Positions 28,312 to 37,606 of a stretch of 64,000 nucleotides of DNA are shown here, piece by piece. This stretch comes from Candidatus Omnitrophota bacterium. Its GTDB lineage: Bacteria; Omnitrophota; Gorgyraeia; 1-14-0-20-64-10. The DNA is taken from the NCBI GenBank assembly GCA_023818695.1, contig JAMWCF010000002.1, positions 64,066-128,065 of the forward strand, in the 5' to 3' direction. Made by a program: the position numbers and the translations under genes. Positions within the stretch are counted from its first letter, which is position 1. Each line of letters opens with the position of its first letter. The notes under the pieces are model-generated. The model worked only from the letters and a program-made list of their open reading frames with translations. It searched no databases and had not been told where the DNA came from.

Positions 28312-29846
28312 AAAGGGATACGATGGTAATGGGCAAGGAGTCGGCCCTGCCGGTCGGCGGTAAAACCCCGCACTCCCCCGGACGGCTTCTTGAGCCGCTG
28401 CTGAACCAGCTCGGGTCCCCCGGCCGCCGCGCTTTCGTCCTGCCGGCCCTGGACGTTCCGGTCAAACCGCCGGAGACGCTGGTTCCCGCCGGGATGCTAC
28501 GGAAAACACCGGCTCCCCTGCCGGAGGTTTCCGAGAGGGATCTGGTGAAGCATTTCCTCCGACTGGCCCATTTGAATTTTTCCGGGGAGACGAATTTCTA
28601 TCCACTGGGCTCCTGCACCATGAAATACAACCCAAAAGTGAATGAGGAGATCGCCGGTCTGGCCGGCTTCGCCAAGGTGCATCCTTACACGCCCGACGAA
28701 GCGGCGCAGGGAATTCTGGAACTGCTGTGGACACTGGAGCAGCAGTTGAGAGAGATCCTCGGAATGGACGCCGTCTCCCTGCAGCCGGCCGCCGGCGCCC
28801 ATGGGGAGTTGACGGCCCTTCTGATGGCCAAGGCGTACCATGACGCCAAAGGAAGAAGCCGGCGCAAGGTTGTCGTGCCGGATTCCGCCCACGGGACCAA
28901 CCCGGCCAGCGCCGCCCTGTGCGGCTTCGAGGTGGTCGAGATCGCTTCGGACAAACGGGGCCGAATTTCCCCGGAGGTCCTGCGGTCCGTCATGGACGAG
29001 GATGTGGCGGTTTTCATGGTGACCAACCCGAACACCCTGGGACTGTTCGAGGAGCGGATCGGCGAGGTCGCCTCGATCGTTCACTCTAAAGGAGGTCTGA
29101 TGTATTTGGACGGGGCCAATATGAACGCACTCCTGGGGCTCGTTCGGCCTGGGGACATGGGATTCGACATGGTCCACGTCAACGTCCACAAAACCTTCTC
29201 CATCCCGCATGGATCGGGCGGGCCCGGAGGTGGGCCGGTGGGAGTCAAGGAGCCGCTGCGGCGGTTCCTGCCGAGCCCCATCGTAGTAAAGGAGAATGGG
29301 AGATTCCGACTTTCCTCCGCGGGTCCGGATTCCATCGGACGTGTCCGGACCTTTTTCGGTAATACCGGCGCTCTCGTGAGGGCTTTCGCCTACATCGCTT
29401 CCCTCGGCTCCGATGGGCTCAAGCGGGTGGCGGAGGGAGCGATCCTCAACGCCAACTATGTCAAGGCGCTCATCCGGGACGTTTACCCGGTGCCGGTCGA
29501 TGAGACCTGCATGCATGAATTCGTTGCCTCCGCCAAGGAACTGAAGGCCTCCTGCGGCGTCAAGGCCCTGGATATCGCCAAGCGCCTGCTGGATTACGGC
29601 TTCTACGCCCCGACCATCTATTTCCCCCTCATTGTGGAGGAGGCGCTGATGATCGAGCCGTCCGAGACGGAATCCAGGCAGGTGCTGGAAGCGTTCGCCG
29701 CCGCATTGGTTGCCATCGCAGAGGAGGCGACGTCGTATCCTCAAAAGGTCAAAGGGGCGCCCCACCGGATGCCGGTCACACGGCTGGATGAGGTGCAGGC
29801 CGCCCGCGAACCGAACCTCAAGTGGAGTCCTGGCGAATCCTCTTAG
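28308..29846 (+). CDS. gcvPB: Glycine dehydrogenase (decarboxylating) subunit 2
   Basis: ORF 28206..29846. The ATG at 28308 forms an ATGA overlap with the gcvPA stop. GSCTMKYNPK, and the PLP site NVHKTFSIPHGSGGPG. Confidence 0.9.
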   Translation: MKRDTMVMGKESALPVGGKTPHSPGRLLEPLLNQLGSPGRRAFVLPALDVPVKPPETLVPAGMLRKTPAPLPEVSERDLVKHFLRLAHLNFSGETNFYPLGSCTMKYNPKVNEEIAGLAGFAKVHPYTPDEAAQGILELLWTLEQQLREILGMDAVSLQPAAGAHGELTALLMAKAYHDAKGRSRRKVVVPDSAHGTNPASAALCGFEVVEIASDKRGRISPEVLRSVMDEDVAVFMVTNPNTLGLFEERIGEVASIVHSKGGLMYLDGANMNALLGLVRPGDMGFDMVHVNVHKTFSIPHGSGGPGGGPVGVKEPLRRFLPSPIVVKENGRFRLSSAGPDSIGRVRTFFGNTGALVRAFAYIASLGSDGLKRVAEGAILNANYVKALIRDVYPVPVDETCMHEFVASAKELKASCGVKALDIAKRLLDYGFYAPTIYFPLIVEEALMIEPSETESRQVLEAFAAALVAIAEEATSYPQKVKGAPHRMPVTRLDEVQAAREPNLKWSPGESS

Positions 29847-30424
29847 ATCCACCCGGCGATCCGGCGGCCAACATGGCCGAGGATGAAAAGCTGGCCCAGG
29901 CCGTCCGGAAAGGGGCCCCCCCTGCCTTGCGGATCTACGGTTGGGAGCGGCCAGCCGTTTCGATCGGCCGTCGGCAGAAAAAAGAGGATCTCCCCGAAGA
30001 GATCCTTTCCCAGGATCTTCCCGTGGTGCGGCGTCCCACCGGCGGAGGGATCGTCGTCCATTCCGGCCAGGAGGTTACTTATTCTCTCGCTTTCCCGCTG
30101 TGCCTTATCCCGAAAGGAGTTCGCGTCAGCGCCCTTCCCGTTTCGCTGCACCGGCAGGTGAAGGATTTGCTGGAAAATGCCTCTCCGGATCTCTCGGGGC
30201 AGCTGCGGGTGGCTCCTCGCGACGCCGGAGGGCCTTATCACCTCTGTTTCTCCGCGCCGGTGTGCGGAGACATCCTGCTGGATTCCAAAAAGGTCGCTGG
30301 CTGCGCCGTCCGGGTCTGGAAAGAGGCGGTGCTGATGCAGGGGTCCATCCAGGGGATCCCTCTGCCAGCCGGCCGATGGAGGGAGATCCTCTGCGAAGCG
30401 GTGAGGAGGACTTTCCCGGGGTGA
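29822..30424 (+). CDS. Biotin/lipoate A/B protein-ligase family protein (LplA/LipB-like, probably lipoylates GcvH)
   Basis: GTG start overlapping the gcvPB end. ANMAEDEKL, LRIYGWERPAVSIGRRQ, VVRRPTGGGIVVH and LDSKKVAGCAVR. Confidence 0.6.
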   Translation: MESWRILLDPPGDPAANMAEDEKLAQAVRKGAPPALRIYGWERPAVSIGRRQKKEDLPEEILSQDLPVVRRPTGGGIVVHSGQEVTYSLAFPLCLIPKGVRVSALPVSLHRQVKDLLENASPDLSGQLRVAPRDAGGPYHLCFSAPVCGDILLDSKKVAGCAVRVWKEAVLMQGSIQGIPLPAGRWREILCEAVRRTFPG

Positions 30425-32652
30425 ATCCGCGCCGGCTGGTTCCTTTCGTCACCGTCATTGTTCCGGTACGGAACGAGGAAGGAACGATCGGTGCCTGTCT
30501 GGAGAGTTTGGTCAAGCAGGATTATCCCTCCGGCTGTTTCGAGATCCTGGTCGTAGACAACGGTTCCATCGACCGAACGCCGGAGATCCTGCACCGCTTT
30601 CCGGTCCGGGTGGTCAGGGAACCGGTCCCTGGGGCCGCCCGGGCGCGCAACAGAGGGGCCTGCGAGGCGGCGGGGGAGATCCTGGCCTTTATCGACGCGG
30701 ACTGCACCGCCGCGTCGAACTGGTTGTCGGCTCTTATCGGCGCACTGGAGCGGGAACCGTCCGCCGCATTTGCCGGCGCCGACGTTGTTTCGGGCAGGAA
30801 ATCGGTCCTGGCCGGTTACCTGAACTGGAGGGGATTTGGTTTCTTCCGGGAAGACACCGGTTGCCCGGCTGATCCCTCGGGGGTGCCGTGGCTGATGACC
30901 GGCAATCTGGCGGTCCGGCGGGAGCCGTTTGAATCGGTCGGCGGGTTCGATGCGTCACTCCTGCCCGGCGAAGATATCGATTTTTCCTGGAGGATGCTGC
31001 TTTTGGGGTGGTATCCGGTTTTTGTCCCCGACGCCGCCGTGACCGAAAACCGGCCTTACGACGTCCGGTCCTTCTGCAGGAAAAACTTCCGGACAGGCCG
31101 CGTCTCTTTGATCCTCCAACGGCGTTTTCGCGACCTGTGGTCCGAATGGGGCATCGTTCCGGCCGGCCGCTGCAGGGACCGGGGATTCGCGGGCAAACTG
31201 GTCAGCCGGCTGAAATCGGTTTTCCCCGGAATGGCCGATCTCCTTTCCTCGCGCAGGTGGGCTTACCTCTTTCTGCTTGTTATGAGCCACCTCTGTTTCC
31301 GGTTCGGCCGGCTGGCCCAGCGTTTCAGCCGGGTTCCCGACACGACCGCCGTGCCCGCCGGATCGACCCGCTTTTTCCCCCACCCGCTCCTGCGCTGTCT
31401 GCCTTTGCAGCCGGAAGAGAAGCTGGTTTACCTCTGCGCCGTCTGGAGAGGGCAGGGAGGTGGAGATCAGGCCGTCCGCCGTCTTCTTGCCGGGATTACC
31501 GACTGGGACCGGCTCCTGCAGGGATGCGCCCGCCACAAGTTGCAACCCCGTTTTTTCGCCCTCTTGAAGCGGTGCGGTGCGCAGGCCTTTTTGCCGCCTG
31601 ATCTCTGGCGGAAGATAGAATCTTTCTGCGTTGAATCGCAGGTTTACACCTGCGCCGTCGATTCGGAGCTGACCTGGCTGCTGCCTGCTTTCCATCAAGC
31701 CGGGGTTGAGCCGATGCTTTTGAAGGGGGCGGCGCTCCAGCAGACCGTTTACCGGGGCGAGCCCGGCCGGTTTTATGTGGATCTGGATCTGATGGTCCGG
31801 GGCATCGGCCGGCGGGAGATGGTGGCTCTCATGGACCGCCTGGGGTACCGTCCGATGCCTGTCCGGTCGCCGCTGCCGAGCCGCTGGCATGAACAGGCCC
31901 TGCGGTTCGAAGAGGGCGAGGTCAGCTTTCCGTTCATTCACCAGGAAAGAGGGATCCACGTCGACCTTCATGTCGAGCCGTTTGCCGACCGGTCGCCGGT
32001 CCGCCTGCCTGCCGGATGGATCTGGCAGGAGGCGCGTTCAGCCGAAGTGGCACAGTCGCAAGCGTTTCTGCCGGAGCCGACCCGCCTTTTCACGCATATC
32101 CTGTTTCATCTGGCGAAACATGCCGCCGGTGGGGAACATCGTTTGGGCTGGTATCTCGATCTGGACGAAACAGCCCGTTTTTACGAAGGGCAATTGGACG
32201 GTCCTCTGTGCGCGCGGATCATACGGACCGCCGACCATCCGAGGATGCTCGCCCGGGTTCTGCTGTTTTTGAAGAGCCACTTCGGCACGCCGCTGCCGCC
32301 GGAGGTAGAGGGCATGATTCCGGTTTTCCAGCCGGAGCCGTTTTCCCTCCGGGATCTTTTTTATTCTCCGCGGCGGCCGGATATCGCCGGCTTCCTGCGG
32401 CCCGACTGGACGGATAGGCGGGAGACTTTTATGGTCTATGTGAGGGAAATCCCCCGATGGCCGGCTAAGATCCTGTTCGTCCTGAAGTGGGTTTTCCCGG
32501 CCCCCGCCTATCTCCGGACGAAATACCGGTCTGCCGGGATCTTCGGGATCCCCATCGGCTATGTGAGACACTGGACGGCGGTAGTGGTGAAAGCATCGGT
32601 TGTGGCAGCTTATGGATACCGGCTTTTCAAGGGCGGGAGACAGCGGCTATAA
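30421..32652 (+). CDS. Fusion protein: family-2 glycosyltransferase (N) + PF14907-type uncharacterised nucleotidyltransferase (C)
   Basis: Part of ORF 29941..32652. The likely start is the GTG at 30421 (GTGA overlap with the upstream stop) or the ATG at 30376. GT2 motifs: VTVIVPVRNEE, EILVVDNGSIDRT, AFIDADC and LLPGEDIDFSWR. C-terminal half: LLKGAALQQTVYRGEPGRFYVDLDLMV, typical of NTP_transf_5. Confidence 0.75.
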   Translation: MNPRRLVPFVTVIVPVRNEEGTIGACLESLVKQDYPSGCFEILVVDNGSIDRTPEILHRFPVRVVREPVPGAARARNRGACEAAGEILAFIDADCTAASNWLSALIGALEREPSAAFAGADVVSGRKSVLAGYLNWRGFGFFREDTGCPADPSGVPWLMTGNLAVRREPFESVGGFDASLLPGEDIDFSWRMLLLGWYPVFVPDAAVTENRPYDVRSFCRKNFRTGRVSLILQRRFRDLWSEWGIVPAGRCRDRGFAGKLVSRLKSVFPGMADLLSSRRWAYLFLLVMSHLCFRFGRLAQRFSRVPDTTAVPAGSTRFFPHPLLRCLPLQPEEKLVYLCAVWRGQGGGDQAVRRLLAGITDWDRLLQGCARHKLQPRFFALLKRCGAQAFLPPDLWRKIESFCVESQVYTCAVDSELTWLLPAFHQAGVEPMLLKGAALQQTVYRGEPGRFYVDLDLMVRGIGRREMVALMDRLGYRPMPVRSPLPSRWHEQALRFEEGEVSFPFIHQERGIHVDLHVEPFADRSPVRLPAGWIWQEARSAEVAQSQAFLPEPTRLFTHILFHLAKHAAGGEHRLGWYLDLDETARFYEGQLDGPLCARIIRTADHPRMLARVLLFLKSHFGTPLPPEVEGMIPVFQPEPFSLRDLFYSPRRPDIAGFLRPDWTDRRETFMVYVREIPRWPAKILFVLKWVFPAPAYLRTKYRSAGIFGIPIGYVRHWTAVVVKASVVAAYGYRLFKGGRQRL

Positions 32653-32662
32653 TCAAAGGCAG

Positions 32663-32953
32663 ATGAATATCGGCTCGATCCGCATACCGCAGAAGATAAT
32701 GGGCAAGAAGCTGGGGTCGGAATGGGTCCTCTTGAATCTGGACAACGGCGTTTACTACGGACTCAATGAAACCGGCAGCGTCATCTGGGATGAATTGGCC
32801 GCCGGCACCAACGGATGGGAATCGGTCGTCGGTCGCCTCGAGGGGATGTATGAAGCCGACCGGTCCGAACTGGAAAAGGACGTGAGGGAATTTCTTCGTC
32901 ACCTGCACAAAGAGAGACTGATCGAGCTTGAAGGACCTCTTCCGGAAGATTAA
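32663..32953 (+). CDS. PqqD-family RiPP recognition element (lasso peptide B1)
   Basis: ATG at 32663 within ORF 32600..32953. WVLLNLDNGVYYGLNETGSVIWDEL...DVREFLRHLHKERLIEL. Confidence 0.8.
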   Translation: MNIGSIRIPQKIMGKKLGSEWVLLNLDNGVYYGLNETGSVIWDELAAGTNGWESVVGRLEGMYEADRSELEKDVREFLRHLHKERLIELEGPLPED

Positions 32954-33371
32954 AACCGTCCGGTCCTGGCGGGCCGGCCAGCGGCGGTTGTTCATAGAGG
33001 CGTGCCTTTCTTTCTGGAAGGCGCGCTTTTTTCTTTTCACGTATGGTTCCCGCTTCGTCGAGCGTTTCGTTTCGGACGGCCGGGACGGCCGCCTTGAACC
33101 GGACTGTCCGGTGCCGGAGCTGATCCGAGCTTTCCGGACCGCCCAGCGCAATCAGCCGCTGCGGCCCACCTGTCTTGTTTCAGCCATCGCCGAAAGGATC
33201 TTTCTGGAGCGCCACGGTGTTTCGGCCCGTGTCCGGATTGGGGTCCGGAAAGAAGGGAAAGGGATTCACGCGCACGCTTGGTGTGTGGTGATGGGGCGCT
33301 CTGACGGCGGGGAGATGCAGTTCGCTCCTCTGGAGATGGCCGGTTCCCCACGGAAGGGGGAATCGCTGTGA
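32928..33371 (+). CDS. Lasso peptide leader peptidase B2 (transglutaminase-like Cys protease)
   Basis: TTG start. Catalytic-type Cys (RPTCLVSAIAERIFL) and His (GIHAHAWCVV), as in the McjB C-terminal domain. Confidence 0.8.
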   Translation: MKDLFRKIKTVRSWRAGQRRLFIEACLSFWKARFFLFTYGSRFVERFVSDGRDGRLEPDCPVPELIRAFRTAQRNQPLRPTCLVSAIAERIFLERHGVSARVRIGVRKEGKGIHAHAWCVVMGRSDGGEMQFAPLEMAGSPRKGESL

Positions 33372-35356
33372 GCGCTATCGCCGGCTTGTGTCGCTGGGAC
33401 GGAAAGCCAGTCGACCCATCGGCCGCCTTGCGGATGGTCCGCGCCATGCCACACCGCTGCCCGGACGGCGTCTCCGGCTGGGCGGATGAATCGGCCGCGC
33501 TGGCCCACGGGTTGCTGCGCTGCGGCGCGGCGGATGCCGCCGGAACGGCACCGACCGTTTCACGGGACGGGTCTACGGCTGTCACCGCCGACGCGCGGTT
33601 TGACAACCGGCAGGAACTGCTCTCGCAGTTGGCTCTTCCTGCCGGGTCGGACCTGTCGGACGGCGGGCTGATGATAGCCGCTTACAGGCGTTGGGGCGAG
33701 GAGTTCATCCGCCGCCTGGCGGGAGATTTTGCCTTTTGCCTCTGGGACCGGAGAAAGAGGATTGTCCTGTGCGGCCGGGACCATCTGGGGGTTAAGCCGT
33801 TCTACTATTACGCCGGCGGCCGGTTTTTCGCTTTTTCATCCGAGATCAAAGGGTTGTGGTCTCTTGAAGGCATTCCCCGCCGGCTCAACGAAACCCGGAT
33901 CGCCGATTACCTCCACTCCCTTTTGGAGGATGCGGAGGCGACATTCTTTCAGGAGATCCTCCGGTTGCCTCCGGCACACCTGCTCATTGTTTCCCCGTTC
34001 AAAAAGGAGCTCCGCAGGTACTGGGAGGTCCGTTCGGCGTCTCCAGTCTGCTTTCGGAACGACGCGGATTATGAAGAGGCCTTCCTTTCGGTTTTTCAGG
34101 AGGCGGTCCGGTGCCGCCTCCGCGGCGTTTCAAAGGCCGGCGTCCTCTTGAGCGGTGGGCTGGATTCCTCCGGGGTCGCCGCCGTCGCCGCTGCCTTTTT
34201 CCATGAAGAGGGAAGGGGATCCCTGCCTGTTTTTTCCGCCACCTTCGAGCAGGTCCCGGAATCGGACGAACAGGAGTTCAGCCGCCAGGTCGTGTCGGAT
34301 GGGATGCGGCTCCATCGGGTGGCGGCGGACCGGATCAGCCCGCTGGCGGATCTGGACTCGCTCCTTTTCCATCAGGACGAGCCGTTTTACGCCCCGAACC
34401 TTTTCATGCACTGGGCGCTTTTCCGAAGCGGGAGAGAGGCCGGGGTCCGGGTGATGCTGGACGGCTTGGATGGGGACACCACCGTCTGCCACGCGACCGC
34501 CCGGTTAACGGAGCTGTTGGGCAGGGGGCGGTGGACCGCTTTTATCCGGGAGAGCCGGCTTTTTGCCGGCCGGCACGACCGTCCGTTCGGCCGTGTCATC
34601 TGGGAAAAGGGTTTCCGGCCTTACTTTCTGCGGGCGGTGCATTTGGTGCGCCGTCCGAGACGCGTGGGAATGGTCGGCCATGAGCCGATCATCCATCCGG
34701 AGCTGGAAAGGAGAACCGGTTACCGGTTACGGGCTTTCCGCCTGCGGCGCGGGCGGTGGGATCCTTCGTTGAGCGTCCGGGACGAACACCACAGAAGATT
34801 GACCAGCGGGATGATTCCGTTCGTCCTCGAGGTGGCGGATCGGACGGCCGCCCCCTTTTGCCTCGAGGCGCGCTATCCGTTCTTCGACAAGAGGGTGGTC
34901 GAGTTCTGTTATGGGCTGCCTTCCGGGCAGAAATTCCTCCAGGGATGGACCCGCTCCATTGAACGGAGGGCCTTCACCAGAGTGTTGCCGGCGCCGGTTT
35001 GTTGGCGGGCTAAAAAGGGGAACCTCGGTCCCAATTTCGACCGAGCTCTGGCGAAATTTGAGAGGCAGAGAGTGAATCGTCTTATAATGGGAAAAATAGA
35101 GGTGTTGGAACCGTATGTTTCAATGGAGGTCCTCCGGCGCGTTGGCAGGCGTTTTCTGGATTCCGGATCCAGTCTTGACGCCATGGGCGTCTGGAAGGCG
35201 CTGACGCTGGGTTTGTGGTTGGAACGGTTCCATGGCGGAGGGTCACCGGACATAAAAGAGGAGGCCACACAATGGACAAAAAAAGAGAAAACCCAAGCCG
35301 GGATAGCCAGCAGGCAGACAAGGCAGAGCGGAGAACTTACACGCCACCCCGCCTGA
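33368..35356 (+). CDS. Asparagine-synthetase-like lasso peptide cyclase (C)
   Basis: GTGA overlap with B2. The N-terminus is MSAIAG, so Cys2 is replaced by Ser and no glutaminase nucleophile is present. PP-loop LLSGGLDSS. The last 85 nt overlap the precursor ORF in another frame. Confidence 0.85.
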   Translation: MSAIAGLCRWDGKPVDPSAALRMVRAMPHRCPDGVSGWADESAALAHGLLRCGAADAAGTAPTVSRDGSTAVTADARFDNRQELLSQLALPAGSDLSDGGLMIAAYRRWGEEFIRRLAGDFAFCLWDRRKRIVLCGRDHLGVKPFYYYAGGRFFAFSSEIKGLWSLEGIPRRLNETRIADYLHSLLEDAEATFFQEILRLPPAHLLIVSPFKKELRRYWEVRSASPVCFRNDADYEEAFLSVFQEAVRCRLRGVSKAGVLLSGGLDSSGVAAVAAAFFHEEGRGSLPVFSATFEQVPESDEQEFSRQVVSDGMRLHRVAADRISPLADLDSLLFHQDEPFYAPNLFMHWALFRSGREAGVRVMLDGLDGDTTVCHATARLTELLGRGRWTAFIRESRLFAGRHDRPFGRVIWEKGFRPYFLRAVHLVRRPRRVGMVGHEPIIHPELERRTGYRLRAFRLRRGRWDPSLSVRDEHHRRLTSGMIPFVLEVADRTAAPFCLEARYPFFDKRVVEFCYGLPSGQKFLQGWTRSIERRAFTRVLPAPVCWRAKKGNLGPNFDRALAKFERQRVNRLIMGKIEVLEPYVSMEVLRRVGRRFLDSGSSLDAMGVWKALTLGLWLERFHGGGSPDIKEEATQWTKKEKTQAGIASRQTRQSGELTRHPA

Positions 35357-35436
35357 CAAAACACGGATCAGTCAAAAAGCTGACCCGGATGTTGGGAGGA
35401 CTGCAGCCGGACGGATACACCGGCGACCCCTCTTGA
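35272..35436 (+). CDS. Lasso peptide precursor (A), 54 aa: MDKKRENPSRDSQQADKAERRTYTPPRLTKHGSVKKLTR / MLGGLQPDGYTGDPS
   Basis: Internal ATG of ORF 35215..35436, preceded by AAGAGGAGG 8 nt upstream. Leader motif Y-x-x-P-x-L-x-x-x-G-x5-T (YTPPRLTKHGSVKKLT) with Thr at -2. Predicted core has Asp at position 8 and a C-terminal Ser. Lies between the cyclase and kinase genes. Confidence 0.75.
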   Translation: MDKKRENPSRDSQQADKAERRTYTPPRLTKHGSVKKLTRMLGGLQPDGYTGDPS

Positions 35437-35465
35437 GCCGGTAGGGCGGGAGGTCTCGCCGCGCC

Positions 35466-36377
35466 ATGCGCCGGTTTCGTTATTCCCTTTATGGATTGGT
35501 GATTGACACCAACATTTCCTTCGCCGGTTTGGCACGCGCCGACGGGGAAGCGGATGTCGTGATCCGGTTCGGAACGCTTGATCGTTTGCCCTCTGCCGGG
35601 CGCCGACGTCCGTACGCCGTTTCTTTCTCCGGGCATGAAGCGCTCATCGGCTGGAAGGGGATCGGCCGGTTTCATGTCATGGGCGGCCGTCATGTGCTGG
35701 TTGATTCCGATCCGGGCGTTTATCCGCCGCTGCTTCAGCAGGTAATCGTGGGGTCGGTGATGGGAATCGTCCTGCATCAACGGCGTCTGCTGGTCCTTCA
35801 CGCCAGCGCCGTTGCCTTGGGAAACGAAGCGGTCCTTTTCCTCGGCGGCAAGGGATGGGGGAAATCGACCCTCGCGGCCTTCATGGTTTCCAAGGGGGCC
35901 GACCTGGTTGCGGATGATGTGGCGGCGGTTGATTGGAGGGACGGTCGGCCCGTGGTCCTGCGGGGTAACCTCCAGTTGCGGCTTTGGCCGGACGCCCTGT
36001 CGGCTCTGGGAGAGTCGCCGGCCGGCTTTCAGAAAGCGGTTCCATCGCAGGAAAAGAGGATCTGTCCCCCCCGTTCTTTTTTGGAGAGGACATTTTCCCC
36101 CATCCGCCGCATCTACCTGCTGCAGAAGAGCCGCCGGATTCGGGTTGAAAAAATAGCCGCCGCCGGTGCCGCCATCGAATTGATCCGCCATTCCTACCGG
36201 GTCGAATGGCTGCACGACGCCGATCCCTCCGTCCACTTTTCACGGTGCACCGATCTGGCTTCCTCCGTCGCCGTCAGGCGGCTGCTGCGTCCGCTGGATT
36301 TCAGTCGTCTCGATGAAATTTATTCCGAGGTGAAAACCGATTGCTTCGAAGAGACCGCCGCGGGGCAGGTTGCCTGA
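35466..36377 (+). CDS. HPr-kinase-like serine kinase (lasso peptide tail kinase type)
   Basis: LLVLHASAVALGNEAVLFLGGKGWGKSTLAAFMVSKGADLVADDV matches the HprK C-terminal P-loop domain. Genomic context of a lasso cluster. Confidence 0.75.
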   Translation: MRRFRYSLYGLVIDTNISFAGLARADGEADVVIRFGTLDRLPSAGRRRPYAVSFSGHEALIGWKGIGRFHVMGGRHVLVDSDPGVYPPLLQQVIVGSVMGIVLHQRRLLVLHASAVALGNEAVLFLGGKGWGKSTLAAFMVSKGADLVADDVAAVDWRDGRPVVLRGNLQLRLWPDALSALGESPAGFQKAVPSQEKRICPPRSFLERTFSPIRRIYLLQKSRRIRVEKIAAAGAAIELIRHSYRVEWLHDADPSVHFSRCTDLASSVAVRRLLRPLDFSRLDEIYSEVKTDCFEETAAGQVA

Positions 36378-37606
36378 TGGGGCTTCTTGTCGTTATTCCC
36401 ACCTGGCACTTGACCTACCACCTGTGGCTTTACCGTTGTCTCCGGCGGCTGCAGCCCCACATTTCCATCGCGGCGGCCTGCACGCCGGGGGATCCTCAAT
36501 GGAGTGCCGGCTTTCGGACAGTCAACCTGGATGAGCCGGCCCCGCTGTGGGAAAGAGCGCTGCGAAGGACAGGCATTCCTGGGGATCTTTTTCAACCGGT
36601 TCGCCAACGCCGGCTTGAGCAGGCGGTCCGGGACAGCTCGGTGGACGCCGTTCTCATCCATTTTCTCGATTTCGCCCTTAAATTTTCCCCTGTATGGGAA
36701 CAAACCGGCAAGCCGATTTTCGTCCATTGTCACGGGCCCATGGACATCAACATCGATTTTCGCGACCACCGCCAGCCGGACCAGACGGCTCTACGGGAGG
36801 GGTACCGGGATGCGGTGGTCCGTTTCTCGAAGAGGGTGGTCCTGATCGCGAATTCTCATTGGACCGCCGGCTGTTTAACCAAGATGGGAGCCCCGTCTGA
36901 TCGGATCGTCGTCAAACATCTGGGGGTGCCTGTTCCGGACAGGCCGCCCGTTCGAAAGGGTGACTCCAACGGTTTGAACATTCTGTACCTCAACCAGCTG
37001 GTGGATTGGAAGGGGCCTGACCGGACCATTCAGGCGTTTGAGCTGGCCTGCAGCCGAGGTCTTGACGGGACATTGACCATCGCCGGGGACGGTCCTTTGA
37101 GGCCGATGTGCGAATTGACGGCTGCCAGGTCCCCCTATGCCAGCCGGATCCGGCTGGCGGGCGAGGTCGGTCCGGCGGATGCCGATCGGCTTCGTGCGCA
37201 GGCCGATTGCTTCACCGCGCACCACTGCGAGGGTGAGATTTCTCACGCCCAGGAGGCTTTCGGCGTTTCCGTCGTGGAGGCGATGGCCGCCGCCCTGCCG
37301 GTCGTCACGGGCCGCAGCGGGGCGTTGTCGGAAACCGTGGAACACGGCCGGACCGGCTGGTTGGTGGAACCAGGGGATATCGAGGCCCACGCGGATGCCC
37401 TTCTGCGTCTCTCCAGGGATCCGGCGCTGCGGTCATCAATGGGTGAGGCGGGATGGTTGCAGGCAAAAGAGCGTTTCAGTTTGGAGGGTGAGGTGGAAAA
37501 ACTTTTGGGCATCATTTATCCCTCCGCCCGATCTGAAAGGGCGGTGGGAGGAGATAGACAGGCCGTCGCGGCCGGATATCCGGAGCCGGCAAGGAGAAAG
37601 CTGTGA
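36377..37606 (+). CDS. Family-1 (GT4-type) glycosyltransferase
   Basis: The ATG at 36377 overlaps the kinase stop (TGATG). EAFGVSVVEAMAAALPVVTGRSGALSETVEHGRTGWLVEPGD is the E-x7-E region. Confidence 0.8.
   Translation: MGLLVVIPTWHLTYHLWLYRCLRRLQPHISIAAACTPGDPQWSAGFRTVNLDEPAPLWERALRRTGIPGDLFQPVRQRRLEQAVRDSSVDAVLIHFLDFALKFSPVWEQTGKPIFVHCHGPMDINIDFRDHRQPDQTALREGYRDAVVRFSKRVVLIANSHWTAGCLTKMGAPSDRIVVKHLGVPVPDRPPVRKGDSNGLNILYLNQLVDWKGPDRTIQAFELACSRGLDGTLTIAGDGPLRPMCELTAARSPYASRIRLAGEVGPADADRLRAQADCFTAHHCEGEISHAQEAFGVSVVEAMAAALPVVTGRSGALSETVEHGRTGWLVEPGDIEAHADALLRLSRDPALRSSMGEAGWLQAKERFSLEGEVEKLLGIIYPSARSERAVGGDRQAVAAGYPEPARRKL

Noticed and set aside
29941-30420. The 5' 480 nt of the 903-aa ORF 29941..32652, which would give the GT2 fusion protein a 160-aa N-terminal extension overlapping the lipoate-ligase-family gene.
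   Set aside because: The extension is Arg/Pro/Ser-rich low-complexity sequence in the alternative frame of a well-supported gene. GT2 homology begins right after the GTG at 30421, which forms a GTGA coupling overlap.
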